Shown here one piece after another: positions 51,072 to 60,128 of a stretch of 64,000 nt of DNA (the stretch's first letter is position 1; the number at the start of each line of letters is the position of its first letter). The stretch spans positions 239,176 to 303,175 of the forward strand of contig CAVTUQ010000026.1 of assembly GCA_963737905.1 (NCBI GenBank). The letters are read 5' to 3'. Under the pieces are notes generated by a model. It was not told where the DNA came from and ran no database searches. It saw only the letters and a list, made by a program, of their open reading frames with translations. Source of the stretch: an uncultured delta proteobacterium (GTDB lineage Bacteria > Desulfobacterota > Binatia > UBA9968). The translations under genes and the position numbers were made by a program.

Positions 51072-52229
51072 TTACTTGAAACTCAGGCGGATCACTCGGT
51101 CGTCATCATCTTTCGGGCTGCCGCGGCCGTCGCGGTTGCTCGTCAGGAGATACAAATTTCCATCGGGACCTTCGACGATATCACGCAAGCGACCGTACTG
51201 GCGGTAAAAGTAACGTTCGAACTTCTCCACCTTGCGCGGATCGTTGGAGTCGAGCACTACGCGGTAGAGCGTCTGCCCGCGGAGTCCGGTGAAAAGGAGC
51301 GAGGCGGCCCACGGGCCCCGGGTGACAAATGTGGCGCCGGTGGGAGCCCAAGTCTCGCTGGTCCCTGCATTAATGACCGGCGATACCATACCCTCCCGTG
51401 TATCGTCTCCTCGGATTTCCGGCCAACCATAGTTCTTGCCGGGTTCGATATAGTTCAATTCATCCCGGCAGCAGCCCTGGAATCCGCTCGGGCCATGTTC
51501 CGTTGAATACAGTCGCTGCGTTTTTGGTTGCCATGCGAGCCCTTGCGGATTGCGATGGCCGTAAGAGTAGACATAGGAACTGGCAAATGGATTGTCTGGC
51601 GGAATCGAGCCGTCTTGGTTGAGCCGGAGGGTTTTTCCGTTCAGCGAACGCAGGTCCTGCGCAAACCTCGTGGTTTGCGCGTCGCCCGTCGTCCAGTAGA
51701 GTTTCCCGTCGGGACCGAATTTTACTCTTCCCCCATCGTGATTGTTGGAGCCGGCCACGTTATCAATCAGGACTTTGTCCAAACTCCCTTTTCCGGTTTT
51801 CGGATCTTCGCGCAACCGGACGAGGCGATTTTGCAGCCGGCCGTTGGCGGTCCGGTAAGTATAGGCGACGTAAACAAAGCGATTTTTGGCGAATTGTGGG
51901 TCCAGCGCTAAACCCATGAGCCCTGATTCACCAGTTGCGGTGACCTCTAACGTCATCCAGGGCTCGGGTAATAGTCGACCGCCTTCGACCACACGGATAC
52001 GTCCAGGCCGTTCCGTAATAAAAATTCTACCATCAGGTGCGAAGTCGAGGGCCCAGGGGGTGTCCAAGCCGCGGACCAGGACTTCAATCCTCAAATCCGG
52101 CGGTGTGCCGGCGAGTTGTTCTTGGGGCAGGCCGCAAGCGACGAGAAAAGCGATTGAGAGTAAGCGGAAGATGCGCACGAGTTTTGCGCGGGGCGGTGTA
52201 AAACGTCGCAAAGGTCCGCCGACCATCAT
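51072..52229 (-). CDS. PQQ-dependent sugar dehydrogenase (GSDH/YliI-like) lipoprotein
   Basis: PWALDFAPDG, HDGGRVKFGPDG, YGHRNPQG, EHGP, GKNYGWP, GRLRD; lipobox LVAC. Confidence 0.92.
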   Translation of the reverse strand: MMVGGPLRRFTPPRAKLVRIFRLLSIAFLVACGLPQEQLAGTPPDLRIEVLVRGLDTPWALDFAPDGRIFITERPGRIRVVEGGRLLPEPWMTLEVTATGESGLMGLALDPQFAKNRFVYVAYTYRTANGRLQNRLVRLREDPKTGKGSLDKVLIDNVAGSNNHDGGRVKFGPDGKLYWTTGDAQTTRFAQDLRSLNGKTLRLNQDGSIPPDNPFASSYVYSYGHRNPQGLAWQPKTQRLYSTEHGPSGFQGCCRDELNYIEPGKNYGWPEIRGDDTREGMVSPVINAGTSETWAPTGATFVTRGPWAASLLFTGLRGQTLYRVVLDSNDPRKVEKFERYFYRQYGRLRDIVEGPDGNLYLLTSNRDGRGSPKDDDDRVIRLSFK

Positions 52230-53755
52230 GAGCCGGACGCCGGCTTCGGAATGACGGTCAGAGACTTTTCCCAGACCGGACGAAGGTCGGCGGAACAGGG
52301 ATAACGGATGCCGTTTTCCTCGATGATCTTGGCGGTGGATTCTAAGAGTTCGGCGCGATTAAAAACCATGGTTTCGTGAGTCCGGCGCGACGCTCTAACA
52401 AATTTGAGAGTGATCTGGGGTTCTGTGTCGTCACGCAGAAGTTGAACGAAGTGTCGCAAACTTCTCACCCGATGGCCGTTGACTTCACTCAGGACGAAAC
52501 GTTCGGGATCGTCATAGCCCTTGGTAATGCCATGGGGAAACATGGGCGAGGTAACCACGACAAGTTCTTCGCCATCAAAGCGGGGCTTGTCGTAGCGCCG
52601 CGTGACCAGGGGACTATTTTGCTGACTTGCGGGCAAGGGCCTTTGAGCGCTCGTGCGCTCAACATAATCCTGAGTCGCTTGGGAAAAGACCAGGGGGCCA
52701 AGAATGAAATAGCGGGGGCTCGCATTCAATAGATAGGGCATGACCAGCTCTCGATGCGATTGGACCGGCAGCTTCATCGGGATGAGCTTGCCGTCGCGAA
52801 AAACCGTGACGTCAACATAGCCATCCTTAGCCAGCTTCTGAACCAGGTAGAGTGCCGATAGACGCAAATCGTAGCGAACCGCGACCTTGCCTTCGCCGTC
52901 GATGGGTATGTTGCCAATCTGAGTAATGACATCCCACTCCTTGAGCGGGTAGTTCGGATCCTGTCGGTAGGGTTCGGTGACCATGACTCCATTCACACCG
53001 GCGGGGAGCCCGAGTTTCTGACGTAACGCGTCGTTTTCGACCGTCTGAAGATAGTCGTAGAGTTGCGGTTTGCCGTCATACTTGCCATCGGCGATGTCGG
53101 CCAGAAACAACCGGATTTCTTCGACCGGGATCAGATAACCGATACTTTGGGCGTTTTGTATCAGACTAAAAACCAACCCCACCAGCTTTCCATTCGAGAC
53201 CGCCGGTCCGCCGCTATTACCGAAGTTGAGCGCGGCATCCACCTGAATCCTTAACCCGCTCGTTTGATAATAATAGTTCGTGTATTCGATGCGGGACACG
53301 ATACCTTGAGTTACGGAAAGCTCCGAACCGCCCGTTGGGTAGCCGTAGACATTAATGTTATCTTTTACCCACGGCAGCTCTTCTGCGAACGGAAGCGTTC
53401 CACGTTTATCAAAGAATGATTCGTCATCGAGCTTTAACACGGCCAAATCCATAGACGGTGTCATCGCTTCCACGTGCGCCGCAATGCGTTCGGCGGACTG
53501 GTTGGGTTGGACGTAAATCTGACTGGCGTAACGCACCACGTGCGCATTGGTGAGTATCCGTTTGCCCTCGATGACCACGCCGGAACCTTTCACTTGTTGC
53601 GGGCTGTTTTTGGTCCAGGGACGCAATAGATCGGGCGTGTGGTGAACTGCATGGATCTTGACGACCAGATCCCGAATCGTATCCTGGGCGATTAATATCG
53701 ACGGTTGTACGGTTAGAAAACTGAACACGATTAAACCAAGAACGATTCGATGCAT
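52226..53755 (-). CDS. HtrA/Deg-type serine protease with PDZ domains
   Basis: GSGVV, LTNAHVV, DLAVL, DAALNFGNSGGP. Confidence 0.92.
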   Translation of the reverse strand: MHRIVLGLIVFSFLTVQPSILIAQDTIRDLVVKIHAVHHTPDLLRPWTKNSPQQVKGSGVVIEGKRILTNAHVVRYASQIYVQPNQSAERIAAHVEAMTPSMDLAVLKLDDESFFDKRGTLPFAEELPWVKDNINVYGYPTGGSELSVTQGIVSRIEYTNYYYQTSGLRIQVDAALNFGNSGGPAVSNGKLVGLVFSLIQNAQSIGYLIPVEEIRLFLADIADGKYDGKPQLYDYLQTVENDALRQKLGLPAGVNGVMVTEPYRQDPNYPLKEWDVITQIGNIPIDGEGKVAVRYDLRLSALYLVQKLAKDGYVDVTVFRDGKLIPMKLPVQSHRELVMPYLLNASPRYFILGPLVFSQATQDYVERTSAQRPLPASQQNSPLVTRRYDKPRFDGEELVVVTSPMFPHGITKGYDDPERFVLSEVNGHRVRSLRHFVQLLRDDTEPQITLKFVRASRRTHETMVFNRAELLESTAKIIEENGIRYPCSADLRPVWEKSLTVIPKPASGS

Positions 53756-54183
53756 AGACTCTCCTCGTTTCTGCAGCCCCGATGCGCGAAAACATTATAT
53801 ACAAAAAAAAACAGAGTTAAACTGTGCCTTCATAGAATAGCAGGCTGATGAAAAAAACTCATAGGCCGATTGCCCTGAGCATCGTCGAAGGGTGCGCTCA
53901 ATCCCCTCGCTCCAGTTGGCTTATGGCGTATGGCTTATAGCGTAGTTCGTATGTCCCAACTATATGCCAAAATGCTATCAGCCATATGCGAAGTGCTAGT
54001 GATCTTTGTGTCGTGGTGGGGTCCGTTGCCATCGTAGTGGGCAAATAACGATCCGACAAAGTTCTTGACAGCCGAACGAAGCAGTCATATCCCTTCATCA
54101 CAGTTACAGGTCTCCGGTTTCGAGCCATGCGTTACCTGAAACTCGACACCTGAAACCAAACTGCGAAGTCTCAGGAGGTGATC

Positions 54184-54492
54184 ATGTGGTATTTGGTGCT
54201 TAGACGGCCGGTGAAACCGCGCGAGGAGTGGACCGTTACCTTGGATCAACATCTGGCGTGGATGAAACAACAGCATGAAGCCGGAAAAATTCTCTTCTCA
54301 GGCCCAACGCCGGATCGAAAGCTCGGCATTTATGTCATCCGTGCCGGATCGCGGCAAGAGGCGGAGAAGATCGCCGCCGGCGATCCGTACACCGCGGCCG
54401 GGTTCACTGCCTTCGACTTGATCGAGTGGGAGGTACATCAGATCATGGGCGCCGGGCCGTTCTCGGCGGCGGGATTGCAAGCTCACAAATAA
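54184..54492 (+). CDS. YciI family protein
   Basis: HLAW...GKILFSGP...DPY motif; GGAGG RBS. Confidence 0.85.
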   Translation: MWYLVLRRPVKPREEWTVTLDQHLAWMKQQHEAGKILFSGPTPDRKLGIYVIRAGSRQEAEKIAAGDPYTAAGFTAFDLIEWEVHQIMGAGPFSAAGLQAHK

Positions 54493-54527
54493 CCGCCAAA
54501 AAACCTCTGCGTTCTCATGAGGTCGAT

Positions 54528-54900
54528 ATGAACTCTCGAAACTACCGGGATCGTGTGGTCTTCGTTTCATTGTGCCTTCTGTTTAGCTTTTCGGTGCCGG
54601 CGGGCGCGCAGTCCGACTGGAAAAAGCAGTGGGAAACAGCCGTTGAGGCTGGGAAAAAGGAAGCGGAGGTCGTGATTTACGGACCGCACAACCCGATGTA
54701 CCAGCAACTGTGGGCCGTGTTTCAGAAAAGCTTTCCAGAGATAAAGTTCAATTTCGTTCCTGGCAAAGGCGCGGACCACTATCAACGTATCGTTGCGGAA
54801 AGACGGGCGGGAAAATATTTGGCGGACCTCGTCATGGGGGGATCTTCGAGTTTTGCATCCTTTCCGCCGGGGACGTTGGAGCCGTTGCTTCTCTTGCCGG
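54528..54900 (+). pseudogene. N-terminal fragment of iron/thiamine-type extracellular solute-binding protein
   Basis: WKKQWETAVEAGKKEAEVVIYG...RIVAERRAGKYLADL; similarity stops after ~125 codons. Confidence 0.72.
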
Positions 54901-55438
54901 AGGCAAGCGAGAAATCATTGACGACTGCATCGGCTTTTTGAAGGAACTGGCGCAAACAATCATTTGTCTTCCGGAGCCCTGGATGCCGAAAGCGTTCAAG
55001 ATCGCCGTGATCATGTATTCGACGGCGAACAATATCGTTACTGCGGAGATCTGTTCCTGGCTGACGGCTCAAGGCGCCGATCCAAAGCTGTTCTTGAAAC
55101 TCTTGCGAACGACCGGTTCTCAAGCCTCCGCCGCGCGCCTGGAAGAGTTCATGAAGCGCAACAATAACCACGGCGGAGCGCTAAGTAATAGCTACAAAGA
55201 CCTGCGCCAGGCGCTTGAGGTCGCAGCAGAGTTGCAGATCCCGATGCCATTGTTGTCGATGGCAAATCAGATCCAAGAAATGGGAAGGGCGAGCGGATTG
55301 TCGCGGCTAAACAGCCCGGCTGCGATGGGCAAGCTGTATGAATTAATCACGGACACGGATCTGAGCGCAGCGACTATGAACGTGGATAAGCATTTCCCCG
55401 AGAGTCGCGAGTCGAGGGTGGTTTACCTGGAGGATTAA
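54895..55438 (+). pseudogene. C-terminal fragment of 3-hydroxyisobutyrate dehydrogenase-like oxidoreductase
   Basis: LAGG...FK...AE...GADP...KDLRQALEVAAELQIPMPL helical domain; NAD-binding N-terminus and start codon absent. Confidence 0.68.
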
Positions 55439-55507
55439 GCAAAGCATCCGAAAAAGTTTGACCGTAAGAATTAAGAAATCATGCATCAGAAAAAAATAAA
55501 AAACGTC

Positions 55508-55536
55508 TTGACAAGAATGTTTTACAGCAGTAGGTA
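55508..55536 (+). promoter_or_regulatory. Putative sigma-70 promoter with A-rich UP element
   Basis: Perfect TTGACA, 17 nt, imperfect -10 TAGGTA; A-tract at 55490-55503. Confidence 0.6.
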
Positions 55537-55540
55537 GAAA

Positions 55541-55949
55541 GTGTGTCCTAAACCTCCCACTAGGGACCGGAAGAGTGAAGACAGTGCGCGCCTGTTGAAA
55601 CTCTTCTCAGAAATGGAGGTAACTCATGGTAGGGGAGAACAGTCCACCGGGCGAATATAGCCCGCCAAAGGCGGGCGCCAGCCATTCGGTCAGACATCTT
55701 GTTCGGCATCGAGCTGCCTGAAACAAGCCCTCAACCCTGGCACGTGAACGTGCCAGCTCGCTAAGGCGAGCAGATCAAGGAAGGACTTTCCCAAAGCAGA
55801 CTCGGAATCTCGCCGGCAGAGAGATATCGAATCAAATGGAAAGCGCCTTTGCTGCGAGGCGGGCACCACGAGAAAAACAGCGATTTCAATGACGACGCAC
55901 TAGCGTCACAAACGGGGTCTCGTTCTGCGGAAGGAGGCCCCGTTTTTTT
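55541..55949 (+). ncRNA. Candidate ~400-nt structured non-coding RNA, family not recognised
   Basis: At least 7 hairpins between a promoter and an intrinsic terminator; no long ORF; G-U pairs favour the + strand. Confidence 0.6.
55910..55949 (+). terminator. Intrinsic terminator
   Basis: AAACGGGGTCTC...GAGGCCCCGTTT stem ending in a T7 tract. Confidence 0.85.
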
Positions 55950-55994
55950 GTGCGCCTTTTATCCGTCAATTCCTAACGCTGGGGACCCGATTCT

Positions 55995-56702
55995 CTAGCG
56001 GAGCAGTTGACCGTAGCCGTCTATGGGAATTCTCATTGCCAATCTTTGCAGCACCCACCACAGGGAAGCTGCGGTGCTGGAAACGACTGGCCGCCCGCTG
56101 TCTTTTTCTAGCTCTTCAATGTAGGCGACAGAACGCCAGCGGCCCTGAATTAGAATTGCATCGACGGAAGGGCTTTCGAGAAAGAGGTTTCGAGCAACTT
56201 TGTAGGAGGCATAGTCCGGGAGCTTGACCTGATCGACGGGTTTTTTGACCTCTAACCCGGATATGCCTGAAACCTGAAACCCGGCGTCCTCGTAGTAGCG
56301 CTTCACAGCTTGGTTGATCTTTTCCATGTAAGCAGTGGCAATGACAATAGTTTTTGCTTTCAAATGTTTCAGCGCTTCGGCGCTGGCATTCATACCCGTG
56401 CTGATTGGAAGCCCCACACGTTCGGACAGCGTCGCGACCACTTCTTGCTCCGCTCCGTAGCCTCGCTGGGTGCCCAGCGTAATGCCGCCCAGGAGAATGG
56501 CGTCACATTCTTCCGCAGTGAAAATCCCCAATCCTTTCTCGAGAGCGTCGATGGCTTTGTTGAATTCTTCCGTCGTATGAGCCTGGACGTTGAGCCCTGA
56601 GGCAACGATTGTGAAACCCTTTGGGAGGATGTAATCCCAATCGGAGGGGGTTTCGAAAACCGATGGTGAAAGATATCCGATGCGTGCTTTCCAACCAGAC
56701 AT
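55995..56702 (-). CDS. Maleate isomerase/AMDase-like homolog
   Basis: WKARIGYLSPS, IATAY, LEKDSGRPVVSS...LWW, GYGQLL. Confidence 0.82.
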   Translation of the reverse strand: MSGWKARIGYLSPSVFETPSDWDYILPKGFTIVASGLNVQAHTTEEFNKAIDALEKGLGIFTAEECDAILLGGITLGTQRGYGAEQEVVATLSERVGLPISTGMNASAEALKHLKAKTIVIATAYMEKINQAVKRYYEDAGFQVSGISGLEVKKPVDQVKLPDYASYKVARNLFLESPSVDAILIQGRWRSVAYIEELEKDSGRPVVSSTAASLWWVLQRLAMRIPIDGYGQLLR

Positions 56703-57050
56703 AAGTTGCTATTTCGCGGCTTTGATGCTTTTTTGTCTAACTCCCAAACCTCAGGCGTTTATCTCTTTTTAACGCAAGCGGGCAGACATGGGAAGGGGAA
56801 TTCTGTCGTTCTTTATCGCCGGCAATAGGGTCGCTTCGCGTACCCTGAGCAACAGTCAAGGTTTTCCCTGATTGATTTTGCTTAGCCGTTGCTCTAGAGA
56901 AACCGTGTGGAAACCGTTCGGATCTTTCATAGGCATTGTGGGAAACTGAATATACTTCGTCAAATAGATGTGGAAATTAAGCCAACAAGGCAGAAATTCT
57001 GTATTGGAGCGATTTACGGTCGGCGATTTCTGGGCAGATAGACCACTTCT

Positions 57051-58172
57051 ATGCGAGTATCATTGAGAAATTTTGCCATCGCCTTGGTGATGACCACTGC
57101 GTTGGCCGGCTCGGCTGGCGCAGAAAGCGGCGAGTTTAATCGCCGCGCGACGGCCACGGCGCAGATATTGGCCGGTATTACGCCTCCCGCGGGTGACCCT
57201 GCGCTGGATCGATTAGCGAAACTCGAAGCTTTTGCCGAGCATCAGCAATGGATGGCGTCCCATTGGGGCCAGGCACGGGGCCGGATTTCCGCAATCGAGA
57301 GTTGGCGAGCCCGGGAATTGAAGATTTCCGGCGCGCACAACAAGACGCTTTTATATCCCTTTAGCGGACCTGACTTTTTCAACGCCTACACGTTATTTCC
57401 GGATCATCTGCTTTACATTTTCTTTAGCCTTGAACGACCGGGAACCCTGCCGGATCTTGAATCCCTCACACACGTCCAGTTCGGAAAAATGCTCCAAGAC
57501 GTGCGAAGCGCTTTTCGCGATATCTTCGAGCGCAATTACTTCATCACGGATTATATGAGCAAGCAGCTCACGACCCCATGGGTTCGGGGCACGGTTCCGG
57601 TGATGGCGACGATGATGGCACTGATGAACTTAAGAATCATTCGGATTGAGCCCGTCGATCTCTACCCCGAGTTGACGAATACCTACGAGGCACAAGACGC
57701 CAAGCGGCCACGTAAGCTCATGCGCGGTGTAAGGATGGACTTTAGTAGCGCCAACGATGGTTCGTTACACCAATTGTACTACTTCTCGGTGGACGCCACT
57801 GACAAGTGGCTGGAGTTTTATCCCGGCTTCTTGGATTGGGTAGCCCAACATCGGCCAGCTTCCGCTCTGCTCAAGTCGGCATCTTACCTGTTGCACGATA
57901 GCCAGTTCGAAAAAACCCGCGCAATGATCCTTTCGAGCGCCGACTACGTGGTTCAAGATGATAGCGGCATCCCTTATCGTTTTTTGAACCAGTCTCCGTG
58001 GCACGTTCGACTTTATGGTCGGTATACCAAACCGATCAAGGGGCTTCGCTATGGGTATCAAGCCGACCTCGAATCCGCGTACAAAGCAAACGCCGATGTG
58101 CCCGAACTTCCTTTCCCTTTTGGTTATCATTGGCGAGGTAAACAGTCTGGCCTGCTTATCGCGAACCGGTAA
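57051..58172 (+). CDS. Conserved hypothetical exported protein
   Basis: Signal peptide; LLYPFSGPDF, KSASYLLH, QDDSGIPY, PFPFGY motifs; function unknown. Confidence 0.8.
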   Translation: MRVSLRNFAIALVMTTALAGSAGAESGEFNRRATATAQILAGITPPAGDPALDRLAKLEAFAEHQQWMASHWGQARGRISAIESWRARELKISGAHNKTLLYPFSGPDFFNAYTLFPDHLLYIFFSLERPGTLPDLESLTHVQFGKMLQDVRSAFRDIFERNYFITDYMSKQLTTPWVRGTVPVMATMMALMNLRIIRIEPVDLYPELTNTYEAQDAKRPRKLMRGVRMDFSSANDGSLHQLYYFSVDATDKWLEFYPGFLDWVAQHRPASALLKSASYLLHDSQFEKTRAMILSSADYVVQDDSGIPYRFLNQSPWHVRLYGRYTKPIKGLRYGYQADLESAYKANADVPELPFPFGYHWRGKQSGLLIANR

Positions 58173-58176
58173 AGTT

Positions 58177-59064
58177 TTGTATGCCTGGTGGCGGTTATTT
58201 GTTGGAACCTGCCTAATAGCGCTTTCAGGAAACATGGCAATTGTGGAGGCTGCAGTATCGCCGTCGCGGCAGACTTTTCAAACCAGTGATGGCGTCCGGC
58301 TCTCCGTACTCGAAGCCGGCCAAGAACACGCCAACAGCCGCAGGCCTACGATCGCATGCATTCCCGGTTGGTCGATGCCGGCGTATCTCTGGCAAAGCCA
58401 AGTTGAGGAACTGGGACGCCGCTACCATATGCTCGCCCTGGACCCGCGCGGGCAAGGCGAATCTCAAGTTCCGACCTTCGGCTACACGGCGGAGCGCCGC
58501 GCCACCGATTTGCGCGATTTTCTTCAACCGTTATCTAATGTTCTGCTCATCGGTTGGTCTTTAGGAGCAATCGAGGCGCTCCAATACATCCACATGTTCG
58601 GTACCCAGCGACTCGCCGGTTTGGTTATCGTCGATAGCTCCGTGGGTGAGGAACCGGCGCCGCCGTCCGGCGGAAATTTTACGCAAAGGCTCCGCGAGAA
58701 CCGAGACCAGGCGCTCGATGAATTCGTCCGCGCCATTTTTGCCAAGCCTCGGCCGGAAAAAGAGATCGAATCGTTGGTATCGGGGGCAAAGCGAATGGCG
58801 TTGGAAGACAGTCTCGCGCTCTTATCCTATCCCTTCGAGCGCACACACTGGAGGCGCATCGTGCAGGGGTTTAAGAAGCCGCTCCTCTATGTCGTTACGC
58901 CGCAGTTTGAGAAGCAAGCGCAGAACTTGAGAAAGAATCGCCCAGGGACTCAGCTCGAAGTTTTTAAAACAGCGGGCCATGCCCTCTTTGTCGACGAGCC
59001 GGAGCGGTTCAATAATTTGATTCTTAGATTCGCAGAAAGCCTGTCTCCACCAGGAAAGAAATAG
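58177..59064 (+). CDS. Alpha/beta hydrolase (non-heme haloperoxidase/arylesterase-like)
   Basis: TSDGVRL, IPGWS, DPRGQGES, GWSLG, AGHALFVDEPERFN; start uncertain. Confidence 0.88.
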   Translation: MYAWWRLFVGTCLIALSGNMAIVEAAVSPSRQTFQTSDGVRLSVLEAGQEHANSRRPTIACIPGWSMPAYLWQSQVEELGRRYHMLALDPRGQGESQVPTFGYTAERRATDLRDFLQPLSNVLLIGWSLGAIEALQYIHMFGTQRLAGLVIVDSSVGEEPAPPSGGNFTQRLRENRDQALDEFVRAIFAKPRPEKEIESLVSGAKRMALEDSLALLSYPFERTHWRRIVQGFKKPLLYVVTPQFEKQAQNLRKNRPGTQLEVFKTAGHALFVDEPERFNNLILRFAESLSPPGKK

Positions 59065-59112
59065 CTTTTGACCGCGCGTTAGGGTTTGCGACTCCAACGA
59101 ACGAGGATTTTT

Positions 59113-59847
59113 CTATGAAGGCATCTCTGCTAAAAGCCTTCCATAACCCGGCATCGGGTGCCGCAAGCCTAGGCGCAGTTGTGTCTCCCAGCAGCGGGCC
59201 GGCCCGGGATGAATGACCGGCAGCCCGGTCGCTTTTTCCAACCGATCGATGATGTCGAGCGTTTTCCATGCAGAACCGAGCATGTAGATCCCGTCGGCGT
59301 CTTTATGCTTGGCGGCAATGCTCTTCATGAATTCGAAGATCTCGTCCGGCGGAACCTTCGGGACGTCGCCAAAAGCAGCGTCGATTCCTTCCATGGCTAG
59401 CACTTGGAAACCCGCCTCGGTGAAATAGCGGGCGAAGATGGCATTCATCTTTTCGGGAAAATAGCTGGCGCCGACGAATTTCTTGATGTCCAGGGTGCGG
59501 AGCGCGCGCACGTGATTCTGCCCCGACGTGAACATTTGAACGCCGTATTTCTTTTCCCAACCGCCAATGATCTCCTGCTCGCCCTGGTAGCCGAGTAACA
59601 TGAAGGGCGGCGCGCCGCTCGGCCGAATGAGGTCCGCGTTCATCTTCGCCAGCTCCGCCGCTTTCGCTTCATACCCCGGCATCGAGGCACGGAACTCCTC
59701 TTCGGTGCCGCGGGTGAAGTTCATGGTACGGGTGAGTAGTTTGATCTTGGCCGGAATCTTCTCGTCGAGATCGATTTCCTGGCCGGATTCCGGTCGATTC
59801 GTAGGTCGTACGGTGCCGACTATATATTCTCTTTGGGTTTCAGGCAT
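59113..59847 (-). CDS. Maleate isomerase/AMDase-like homolog
   Basis: VGTVRP, YFTEAGFQV, LEKATGLPVIH, GYGRLL. Confidence 0.8.
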   Translation of the reverse strand: MPETQREYIVGTVRPTNRPESGQEIDLDEKIPAKIKLLTRTMNFTRGTEEEFRASMPGYEAKAAELAKMNADLIRPSGAPPFMLLGYQGEQEIIGGWEKKYGVQMFTSGQNHVRALRTLDIKKFVGASYFPEKMNAIFARYFTEAGFQVLAMEGIDAAFGDVPKVPPDEIFEFMKSIAAKHKDADGIYMLGSAWKTLDIIDRLEKATGLPVIHPGPARCWETQLRLGLRHPMPGYGRLLAEMPS

Positions 59848-59882
59848 AACTGTTTCTCCTTTCGATTAGAGCGTCAAGTTAC

Positions 59883-60108
59883 TAAGGAGTTCATTGGTTA
59901 GTAGACATAAGGCGCCCAAGGGGCGAGTCATGGAGAGCGTGGGCACCCAAACGTAAAGGAAGCGTTCAGGCCCGGGCCGCTGCAATAACCGCCCCTGGAG
60001 TGGATCGGGTGGTGGCCGACAAGGCACAGACTTATTGCCCGCGCGCGGAAGGACTCGTCCCTTGGGTTTTTCCCGAACCCTTGTTGTCTACATACTTGTG
60101 AACTCTTA
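59883..60108 (+). ncRNA. Candidate ~225-nt rod-like structured RNA or MITE
   Basis: Nested pairings GAGTTCA/TGAACTC, GTAGACA/TGTCTAC, 15-bp CCCAAGGGGCGAGTC/GACTCGTCCCTTGGG, GCGTGGGCA/TGCCCGCGC. Confidence 0.5.
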
Positions 60109-60128
60109 ATAAGATCAAAGATCGCTGT

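Noticed and set aside
55719-55892. Sec read-through of the 31-codon ORF (frame stays open 56 more codons)
   Set aside because: No redox motif or recognisable protein; nearby hairpins are explained by the overall RNA structure.
55541-55949. tmRNA, RNase P or group II intron identity (ORF ends in AA*, 5' GTGTG, reverse-strand GGGAAAGTCC)
   Set aside because: No tRNA-like ends, no complete RNase P P4 pairing, no catalytic domain V.
59883-60108. Retron msr-msd or SRP RNA
   Set aside because: No reverse transcriptase in the window and no SRP helix-8 consensus.
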